Assembly (NCBI GenBank): GCA_951406725.2
Contig: OX597816.1
Coordinates: 22,444,001 to 22,508,000, forward strand
Origin: Octopus vulgaris
Taxonomy: Eukaryota
Direction: 5' to 3'
Length of the DNA stretch: 64,000 nt
Under the pieces are notes generated by a model. That model did no database searches, was not told the DNA's origin, and saw nothing but the letters and a program-made list of their open reading frames with translations. Below, piece by piece: positions 54,342 through 64,000 of this stretch (positions within the stretch are counted from its first letter, which is position 1; every line of letters begins with the position of its first letter). The position numbers and the translations under genes were made by a program.

Positions 54342-54651
54342 TGGTAGAGATATAACATTTACTATATAAACAAATAGATTTCTATTACAAAATGTAAGGG
54401 TACTGATCGCTGCTTTATCTTCCTTACTATCAGAGAATGAATCGCCGGTCCTTCCCCCTATGCCGTGGTTCCTCTACTATGCCCGACGCAAAACAGAATT
54501 ACACTGTTCCATAAATCAAAGTAACATCTGATGTGGAACCACTGACACATGCTTTGCTGTTTACATGGCATAGGACCCAACTTTCAATGTAAAGCACCTC
54601 TGGAACTTTTACCAATAAATATAGTTGCAAGCATGTCTGTGTGTGTGTGTA

Positions 54652-54688
<37 letters not shown>

Positions 54689-54869
54689 GATTAACTCAGT
54701 TTTCATGTCGATGGTTTCTGTTTAAGTTCCACTGTGTTGCACCATCAGCAGGTAGTTTTTCTGTAATAAAAACGGGATGTCGAATGACCTGTGTGCAAAT
54801 TTCATAGACGGAGACTACACGTACATACCCACCTACCTACATACATACATACATACATACATACATACA

Positions 54870-54905
<36 letters not shown>

Positions 54906-55809
54906 TAAATACATACATGCACATATATAGATATACACACTCTTTCGCATCCGCGTGTGCATATTGGTGTTACGAACGTATCCATTTACTCAGTAAAGCA
55001 TATTTACGTATCTTTAAAGATATTGTTTGTAAGTAGGGTTTGTTTGTGTGTGTGATTGTGTGTGTGTGTATGTGTGTCTTTTTCTGCGTCTGTGCCTGTG
55101 ACTGTGTGTGTATGTATGAGTATGTGTGTGTGTTTCTGCGTCTGTATCTGTGACTGTGTGTGTATGTATGAGTATGTGTGTGTGTTTTTTTCTGTATCTC
55201 TGTCTCTGTGTGTCTGTATGTGTGGCTGCATGTATATGCATGTGTGTGCACGCACGTGTATTGTGTTTGTGATTGAGTGTGAGTGAGAAAATGGGAGAGA
55301 GAGAGAGAAAAGAGTCAGAGAGGATTTGCTAGAGTCGAGAGAAACGAAATCATCGATCGATCGAAAGTTAGACAAAAGAGATAGATAATAAGAGCAATAA
55401 AAAAAGCCATTTGTTTATAGAACATTCAGAATAAAATCAACAATTATCAAGAAAACTGAAAGCAAACTGAAAGCAAACACACGACGCAAAATGGCGATGT
55501 CTACTTATTTATATATTTATTTATTTATTTATATATTTATTCATTTATTTATTTATTTATTTTCTATGGCTCACGTGAAATTCTGTACAGTGGCGCTGTT
55601 ATATAAAGCTAAGATCCCACAATTATTATTGATTTATCAGGTGATACAGATTTCCTATATATATAAGAGAAATGTCAAGTAGCAAGATTCCAAAATGGCC
55701 TCGCAGTTTTCGGGTTAGAAAGTTTGTTTCAGGATTTTTAAAACAAAAAAACAAGAGATATGGAAACAAACACAAACCAAAGGTCGTAGGTAATATCATA
55801 AACAATGTC

Positions 55810-55867
<58 letters not shown>

Positions 55868-55912
55868 ATCTATATAATATATATATATATAATATATATA
55901 TAATATGATATC

Positions 55913-55953
<41 letters not shown>

Positions 55954-55968
55954 ATATATGTATATATG

Positions 55969-56010
<42 letters not shown>

Positions 56011-56369
56011 TATATTTATATATACATATATGAGGTTGGTTCCTGTAGAAACATATGCATATGTATGAGTGTGTGTGTTTGTATCTGTGTGTGTGGTGGG
56101 AAGTATAACAACACTTAAGCATAAAAAAACACGCAATGAGATTATGTGTATGTATGTATCTGTTGTGTATATGTGTATGTATATGCATATTTGTATGCTT
56201 GGTTTAATAGTGGTGAAAGTATGAATAAGCGATGAACACATTCTAAAGACAACATTCAGATACAAAAACACAAAGAGAAATTATGTGAAACAATATTCTC
56301 CATTGTCCAATCGCATTAAACACTGTAATTTACGTTGTCTGGCAATGGAGCGAGCTATTAATATGCAGT

Positions 56370-56407
56370 GTGATAACAATAACCACCACCACCACCACCA
56401 CCACCAC

Positions 56408-56447
<40 letters not shown>

Positions 56448-56537
56448 GTAATAATAATAATAATAATAGTAATATTAATAATAATAATAATAATAGTAAT
56501 AATAATAATAATAATAATAGTAATAATAATAATAATA

Positions 56538-56600
<63 letters not shown>

Positions 56601-56610
56601 GTAATAGTGC
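56370..56610. repeat. (AAT)n microsatellite, continuing at 56953-57013 and 58310-58520
   Basis: Seen directly. Confidence 0.95.
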
Positions 56611-56611
56611 A

Positions 56612-56952
56612 TAGTGACCCCCTTCGGTCAGACACTGACCATGGGTTTGCACCTAGAGAGTTACTCTCTGAGACACAAGTCTGGGCAAGGTTGTTTCATG
56701 GAAGACCAGCAGTCGCCCATGCATACCGGCCTCCCCTCTCCACGTCACCAATGTTGTCCAAAGGAAAGACAAAGGTCGATACAGCTTGGCACCTGTGACG
56801 TCGCAACTCATTTCTACAGCTGAGTGAACTGGAGCAACGTGAAATAAAGTGTCTTGCTCAAGAACACAACACGCAGCAAGGTCCGGGATTCGAGCTCACA
56901 ACCTCACGATCATAAGCTCGACGCTCTAACCACTGAGCCACGCGCCTTCACA
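56612..56952 (-). mobile_element. SINE family C variant (third tail type) inserted in (AAT)n
   Basis: Minus-strand head GGCGCGTGGCTCAGTGGTTAGAGCG..GAGCTCGAATCCC and shared core CACGTTGCTCCAGTTCACTCAGCTG. Confidence 0.85.
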
Positions 56953-57013
56953 ATAATAGTAATAATAGTAATAATAATAATAATAATAGTAATAATAATA
57001 ATAATAATAATAA

Positions 57014-58310
57014 ACGACTCTATCTGCCAAGAAAAGAGGGAGGCCGTGGTCTTTTGCAACTGGCAATAACAATGAAGATTGCTACAATTGGCCTAGACAC
57101 CTACCTGAAAAACTCTGAGGACTGGATGCTAAAACTTGTCTCAAAACATGAAAACAAGAAAGCATCATACTCAGTCACAAAACAGGCAAAGGAATATCTA
57201 AGTGAATTCCGAATACAACCAATTTCGGAATTAGAGATAGATATACAAGAAACAAGCACAGAAAAAGCTAGGCGCATGAAAACCCGTGCCAAAACTGCGG
57301 CCTTAGATATTCTGAATAATAAATGGCAAGAAAAACCTCTCTATGGCAAATACCCAAAGAGAGCGAATAATGCAGATATCGACAAAGCCCTGACCCATCA
57401 ATGGCTAATGGCCTCTGGCTTAAAATCTGAAACAGAGGGGTTTATCATAGCAGCTCAAGATCAATGCCTACCAACAAGAAACTACCAGGCCAACATATTA
57501 AAGATCAGAAGCAGTCCAACGTGTCGTGTATGCAAGCAACAAAATGAAACCATTGACCATGTGGTCTCCAAGTGCAGTCTTCTAGCGCCTACAGAGTATC
57601 TCAACAGGCACGATAGAGCTGCACAATATATTCACTGGGTAATCTGTAAAAACCTGGATTTGCCCCATGAAAAAAACTGGTGGGAACACAAACCACCCCC
57701 AGTGCTTGAAAATGACCACATCTCACTCCTCTGGAACTTCACCATTCAAACTGACAGGAAGATAGATGCAAACAGGCCAGACATCATATTGAAAAACTTC
57801 AAACAAAGAACATGCCTCCTCATTGATATGACTGTCCCAATCGATATAAACGTATCTGTCAAGACCTACCAAAAACTGAGCAAATATAAAGATCTTGAAA
57901 TAGAAATCAGCAAAATGTGGAAGCTGAAGACTAAAACAATACCTGTTGTCATAGGTGCCCTGGGAATGATAGCAAAAGGGGCTGATAGCTACCTAACTCA
58001 GATACCAGGAAACCCAAAAATGGCAGAAGTTCAACAGATAGTGCTCATGGGAACTGCTGATATCCTACGCAAAATACTCTCTATGTAATCTCAAGGTTTA
58101 AAACAAACATAATTTTCGGTTTAAAAAAAAAAAAAAAAAAAAAAACCTTTTTTTTTTTAGACATTCATTAGTACAACATCCCCACCCCCCAAATATATGG
58201 CACACTAGGCATAACAACAACATGAACTTCCAACCCTGTTGTCTCTTGAGGTCTCTGGGTGAGACTTGGAGCCAACTTGTACAAATATAAAGCAAAAGTC
58301 AAACATAGAA
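57014..58310 (+). mobile_element. 5'-truncated R4/Dong-clade non-LTR retrotransposon inserted in (TAA)n
   Basis: ORF with R4-type motifs, a 3' UTR, and (AAT)n on both sides. Confidence 0.9.
57054..58088 (+). pseudogene. C-terminal part of an R4/Dong ORF: CCHC finger + restriction-like endonuclease
   Basis: KPLYGKY, LKSETEGFIIAAQDQ.L.TRNY, CRVC..ETIDHVVSKC, RHD, RPDI..IDMTVP..K..KY.DL (PD-(D/E)xK). Uninterrupted 344 aa, but the RT is missing. Confidence 0.9.
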
Positions 58311-58333
58311 TAATAATAATAATAATAGTAATA

Positions 58334-58396
<63 letters not shown>

Positions 58397-58404
58397 GTAA
58401 TCAC

Positions 58405-58435
<31 letters not shown>

Positions 58436-58674
58436 TTAATAATAATAATAATAAAAATGATAATAATAATAGTAATAGTGATGTTATTGATGATAATGAT
58501 GCTGATGATAATAATAATAGTATATTCTACTATAGACCAAAGACTTGAAAATATGTGAGAAAAGGATAAGTGGATTACATCAACCCCAGTATATGACTGG
58601 TACTTACTTTATAGATCGTGATATGATGAAATGCAAAGTGGACCCCGGAGGTATTTAATTTCAGAACATCTTTT

Positions 58675-59960
58675 TTATGTACTTCGTCTTTCGTTTGTCC
58701 TCCTAGTATATTTGCATTGCTCACAGCTGCTAACAATTCTTCGGAGCTTTCCGTGACATTGATTGAGTCCTTTGACTTCCGTCTTCACACAATCATCAGC
58801 ACTCATCAATCCCCTTCTAACATTTTTACGTTTCATGTACACCCTCTCCACATCTGCCCTTTTAGGCAAGCCTTGAACATTGTTATTATTTTGCGAGTTG
58901 TCTTTCGATCAATATCTTAGAGTTCTTATTTGTTCCTATTCACAAAACCTGCCATATATCTCACAATTGATACAGCCCTTGATTTTATTGCTTTCATAAC
59001 GTTTCCCGAATTTAACTTATATTTCAATATATAGCTGCTCCTTCTGAACCACTCATTTTAAATGATTTCCTTCATTTCTGTATTTTTCATGATATGTGAT
59101 TCCAAAATTTCCAAGTCTTTGTGTCCTTGCCTTTCTTCTAAACTTTTCCTTCCTTGATTATATGGCCGTTTATGCCCGTCATTCTGCTTAAAATTCCCTA
59201 TTTTCACAATCAAATGTAATATCTATTGAAATCAAATTCTATACCTGTAACACAACTGAAAATTCTTACAGTGTTCACCAGTGTCCCATGTTGATTTTCT
59301 TTTTTCCAATAAAGCTTCAAATTGCCCATGTATAGAAGGCAACAAACTTCTTCCATTCCATTTCTCAAATTATATCCTGGTTTAACATCTCTCAAATCCA
59401 TCGACAATGTTGTTTATACCAGCACAAACAAAAGTGGTGAGAGACTATCGTCCTGAAATATTTCTCTTCTAATGATTACAGTAACCAATGATTTTGCTGT
59501 TAATGTTAATCCATTGTCCAGATTTTTAAAAATCTTTGTTCCATCTTTGCTACTCCAAATATCCCCATACATTTCATTTTCCGGCTGTGATGAACCATAT
59601 CATAGCTCTTTTTGTAGTCTTTTCACGCCATTCCTAGTTCCGTTATTTTTTTTTTTGCAGTATTTTCGTCACGTCTTATCTATTAACATCATTTCACGTT
59701 GCTCCAGTCCACTCAGCTGGCAAAAATGAGTAATCCGGCGACGGACTGGCGTCGCGTCCAGGTGGGGGAATTTCTACACCACTGAAACCGGGAAACCTGC
59801 CCTTATGAGCCTGGCATGGCTCGAGAAGGAACATTTATATCTATTAACATCGGACCCTTTTTTCCACCTATACCTGCGCTTATAACACTTCTGCTTTTCT
59901 GGGAACAAGACTGGTATATTTTTCTTCCATGCGTCATACACAATGGACCATTTCCTCCAT
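58675..59960 (-). mobile_element. Older degenerate R4-clade LINE RT remnant
   Basis: Minus-strand fragments in order: FPEKQKCYKR, KGPMLID, EIFQDDSLSPLLFVL (cf. GIFQGDSLSPLLF), LLYMGNLKLY (cf. LLYMDDLKLY), LVNTVRIFS..GIEF, ADVERVYMKRK..RGL. Confidence 0.8.
59691..59837 (+). mobile_element. 5'-truncated SINE family C with 14 bp TSD, nested in the R4 remnant
   Basis: TATCTATTAACATC at 59677-59690 and 59838-59851. Confidence 0.85.
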
Positions 59961-60374
59961 TCAGAAATCCTTGAATTCGTCTGGAAAAATCGGTTGGAAT
60001 CTCTAACATGAGTTTTACTCCGACTGTTATAAGCACTACACTTTTCGATGTGAATCTTCAATCTCACGCGCTTTAGTACATTTTCTGCATAAAAAAGAGG
60101 GAGAACGTTTCTAAAATATATATATAGATAGAAAATAATATAATCCGTTTCTCTAAATTTATTAACTGTGTTCTTTGTTCAGCCTATTAAAATAGTTTAA
60201 TTTTATCCCGATATCGAGAATCTCCAGTAAATCGAAACGATCGTAAATGCCACCCTCATCTCTGCTTCTTATTTTGTTGTTACCTATCCAATGAAAGACA
60301 TGCCAGCGTCAACCATGAGTTTCCCATTGTTATTATATCAATTTTCTTCTTACATATATATATATATATAATTC

Positions 60375-60656
60375 TTAAAGGAGTCAACAAACATTAAGGC
60401 AAGGCAGACGTCTCAAATCTTATACATTATTACCAGCGGGAAAAACACAAAGTCTTACAGCTGTTTCTGGAATATCACAGAGTAAAGGATATTCCGTAAT
60501 CTATACTTTTATCATTTTCGCTATTTGTCTCCCACGACAGAACACCCCATACTCTGGGATATCCCAGAAACAGCTGTATGACTTATTTTTTTCGATAATA
60601 ATAATGTATATGACTTGAGATGTCTGCCTTACCTTAACGTCTGTTCTCCTCTTTAA
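60375..60656. mobile_element. Fold-back element (about 110 bp arms), Penelope pLTR-like
   Basis: 60375-60484 versus 60550-60656 inverted. Arms contain GAAA-CAGCTG-TA, the hammerhead 3' half with palindrome ACAGCTGT. Confidence 0.7.
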
Positions 60657-61040
60657 CAGTTATATATCCGCTATATCGGAAATCTGCAATCGCTCTATAA
60701 CTACCGTCTCGGTTATAAACTTGGAGCAGTAGTAATCCGTTACAGCACTTACCTATCGTACCTAGTCGATTATATCACCTCTGAACTCCATATTTTGTAT
60801 GTATGTGTAGGTATGCATATATATTTAGCATTCTACTTATGTAATTTCTACAATTATGAAAACATCCTTTCATGTACATATATTCAGTCTCCTTAGATAC
60901 CAAATATCACTGTTGTATTAATTAAAAGTAATTTTTATTTGATATTTATTGATTTTCCACTTAACAATTACCCGTAAATGTTATCCAGACAATAATTACG
61001 CAATTCTATTTCTTATGAGTATGCACAAACATTATATATG

Positions 61041-61075
<35 letters not shown>

Positions 61076-61216
61076 GTACCGCACTAGCAGCGCACTTCCT
61101 TTGATAAAGTATTTGAACGTGAGCATATATATATATATATATATATATGTGCATTCATAGAATTTTTCATCAGAGGAAGTACATTTTAATGTGATACAGA
61201 CACACATATATATATA

Positions 61217-61282
<66 letters not shown>

Positions 61283-61312
61283 TCATATATATATATATAT
61301 ACATATATATAC

Positions 61313-61361
<49 letters not shown>

Positions 61362-61464
61362 TAGATAGATACGTACATACGTGTGTGTATGTATCACATT
61401 AACAACGTACTTCCTTTGAAGAAAAATTCGAACATGTAGTTATATATGTTTGTATATGTGTATT

Positions 61465-61640
61465 CTTTTATTCTTTTTCTTTTACCTGTTTCAGGCGTTT
61501 AGTTGACCAAATCGACTTATTCTATCGCTCTCTTTTTGCCGAACCACTAATTTACGGTAACGTCAACACACCAGCATAGATTGTCAAGCGATGTTGGGAT
61601 GGGATGACACACACACAAACATATACCTCCATATATATAC

Positions 61641-61689
<49 letters not shown>

Positions 61690-61696
61690 ATATATA

Positions 61697-61753
<57 letters not shown>

Positions 61754-61885
61754 CGGGCTTCTTTCAGTTTCCGTCTACCAAATCCACTCACAAGTCTTTG
61801 GTCGGCCCGAGACTACTGCAGTGTGTCTGAACTCGGACCCATGCGGTTGGTAAGCAAGCTACTTACCACACAGCTACTCCTGCAC
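61465..61885 (-). mobile_element. SINE family A, internally deleted
   Basis: Reverse complement of family A segments around an expanded TA/TG tract. Confidence 0.8.
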
Positions 61886-61890
61886 CAATA

Positions 61891-61954
<64 letters not shown>

Positions 61955-62585
61955 TAGGGGGGGAGAGAGAGAAAGGGAGTGAACGAGAGAAGGAGAGAAG
62001 GAGAGAAAAGAAGAACACACGTGGAGTTTAACTATTTACGACAGTTGTTTCGACAGTAAATTTGTTATTGAAGAAATACTTCGATTATCACGATTAGGTC
62101 ATGAAAAGAAAAAAAGAAAAAAAAAAGAAAACAATTCTCGTTATCTGATTTTCAACATAGAGAAATTCGCTTGGACCAATGGCTGCATAGGTGAATCGAT
62201 CGTGAATTTTTTCCTCTAACTTATATTTGAAATTACTGGACGGGCGCGCATTTAATTCATTATATAGCCGTGGTAATCGTGTTTTTCATCAACAAAGAAA
62301 CCTGCCAAAAAAGCAGTTGTGACTCTTTAAACACCACCTGTGTTATTTTTCAATGCAAAAACTGTTATTCGCACCATGATTTTAGATCAATAAGTTGCAT
62401 GTAGATATGTGTTTCTGTGTCTGAGTGAGTGTGTTTGTGTGTCTGTGTTTGTGTTTGTATGCAGAAAAGAACAGAAAGGAAAATAACTTCTAACAATGCA
62501 AAAAATTTTACAAAACTCTTTTTTTCTATTTCTGCTCTACAATGCTTCAAGCGAATTACAATGCTCTTTATATATATATATATAA

Positions 62586-62659
<74 letters not shown>

Positions 62660-62746
62660 AAGGGTGGAAAGGAACACACGAGTTGATATATATGAAAAAA
62701 CAAGTCAAAAATAGAAAATGCTAAGATAATTTTATAGTGAATCTTT

Positions 62747-62784
62747 CAGTACCGGTTTCGGTCATTTTGAGACCTTTTCAACTG
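62747..62784 (-). ncRNA. Minimal hammerhead motif with U3-A8 covariant core
   Basis: Minus strand: CAG-UUGAAAA-GGUC-ucaaaau-GACC-GAA-ACCGGU-A-CUG. Confidence 0.6.
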
Positions 62785-62858
62785 TAACGATTAAGTAATT
62801 AAATTTAGAAAAATTAGAAGAAAAGTTTTTTTAAAAGAATATTCCTATAGTAGTGTTC

Positions 62859-62924
<66 letters not shown>

Positions 62925-63089
62925 GTATATAGATGCATTTATAATTTTGAAACATGTACGTACGTATGAGACTTGACACATCGCGGCTTCGTGAATGTTA
63001 AAAATATTTAGATTCTAAAGAACCATACACTTGATTTCATCATACTGAATCATAAATCTCTATACATTTTTGCATTATTTTCTCTCCCC

Positions 63090-63255
63090 ATTTTTTCTTT
63101 CCGTCTCTCTCTGTTTTTTCTTTTTTTCTCTTAACCCTTTCTGTCGAAGAGCGTAGGCTCGAAATGCAAAATTCTTTTCCATTCTTCCCGAGCGTCAGAC
63201 TAATACACCTGCTTGTTCCTACACCTGTTTTCGTCTTTCGTTTACTGTAAATTTG
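63090..63255 (+). mobile_element. pLTR-like repeat fragment with degenerate CUGUCGA hammerhead motif
   Basis: CTTT-CTGTCGA-A-GAGC-gtag-GCTC-GAAATGC at 63137-63167, homologous to 9068-9280. Confidence 0.6.
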
Positions 63256-64000
63256 AACTATGTATAAAAGTATGTGTGTGTGATGACTTGAAATATACGT
63301 ATTTTCTTCAAATGCCACTTCAACAAGCCCCGAAACATGATTAATATCATCCTCCGTACGCACAAATTATCATTGTTCATAAACAAAGCCATCGGTGATC
63401 TCAGTACACCTCTTAACATTTGCATTAGATCAGAAGATGGCGGTTGACTCAGTGAAAGTATGTAAGTATGTGTTATGTATGTGTGTGCACGCGTCTGCCT
63501 ATATGCACAAGCACATAGCATCCTCACGCGTTCAGATTTACCCTTATGTGCGTACATATAAAATAGATCATATTCACTGTTTTTGATTAATGCAAATGAA
63601 ACTAATGAAAAAACTCATAGAAGAGATTTGACGTAAAAGAACAATGAATTATTGAATACATTTCCTCTGAATAATACAAATATGTTAAAAAGGAATAAAT
63701 CTTCTTTGAACCTCTACTACTAAAATCTAAATCTCTGATATAAATTGACCTCAAGTTATGCAGTGTATGGCTGAAAGAAAACGGAAATTTATTTGTATGT
63801 TCGTGGATTGTAAGCTCTCGTAGCGAAGATCCTTGTATCTTTCAAATCATCCGTGCCTTTTCATGCCAGATACTATATTCTTTTGTACTCTCGGCACAAC
63901 ATTCGAAAGTTTGGGGGAGGGGACCGGTTGATTATATCGGCCACAGTACGCAACTTGTACTTAATTTATCGACCTCGAAAGGATGAAAGGCAAAGTCGAC

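Noticed and set aside
55485-55700. Promoter-like motifs (AAAATGGCG, TCACGTGA)
   Set aside because: Short motifs expected by chance, with no adjacent exon or CpG-rich context to support them.
56612-56952. SINE mobilised by the adjacent Dong element because both lie in (AAT)n
   Set aside because: The SINE has the opposite orientation relative to the repeat strand and shares no visible 3' sequence with the Dong 3' UTR.
62036-62056. Hammerhead 3' half on the minus strand (GAAACAACUGUC)
   Set aside because: No CUGANGA-like strand or stem I partner found nearby.

Overview
AT-rich, microsatellite-saturated eukaryotic DNA that is almost entirely intronic or intergenic. The SINE families and repeat landscape resemble an octopus/coleoid cephalopod genome (inference from recalled repeat families, not verified). 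Nearly all listed ORFs are translations of (TA)n, (CA)n, (AAT)n, (GAT)n or (GAA)n tracts. Real coding remnants belong to mobile elements: a near full-length CR1-group LINE with an unusual tandem CCCH zinc-finger ORF1 (29.1-33.4 kb), two R4/Dong-type RLE LINEs (57.0-60.0 kb), an RTE-type 3' fragment, a DD37D (maT) transposon, two mariner remnants and a probable decayed Penelope RT/GIY-YIG remnant. At least four tRNA-derived SINE families occur in many copies. The most striking signal, absent from the ORF track, is a dispersed set of about ten minimal type-I hammerhead ribozyme motifs (CUGANGA...GAAA with palindromic stem III). They sit in short fold-back, Penelope-pLTR-like elements next to (TA)n/(AAT)n tracts. 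They include a TSD-flanked element joining a tRNA-like Pol III head to a hammerhead (43.0-43.7 kb), a U3-A8 covariant core, a tandem pair, and motifs whose stem II contains a microsatellite. The only host-exon candidate is weak, at 1-258. All calls were made by eye and coordinates are approximate at element edges.
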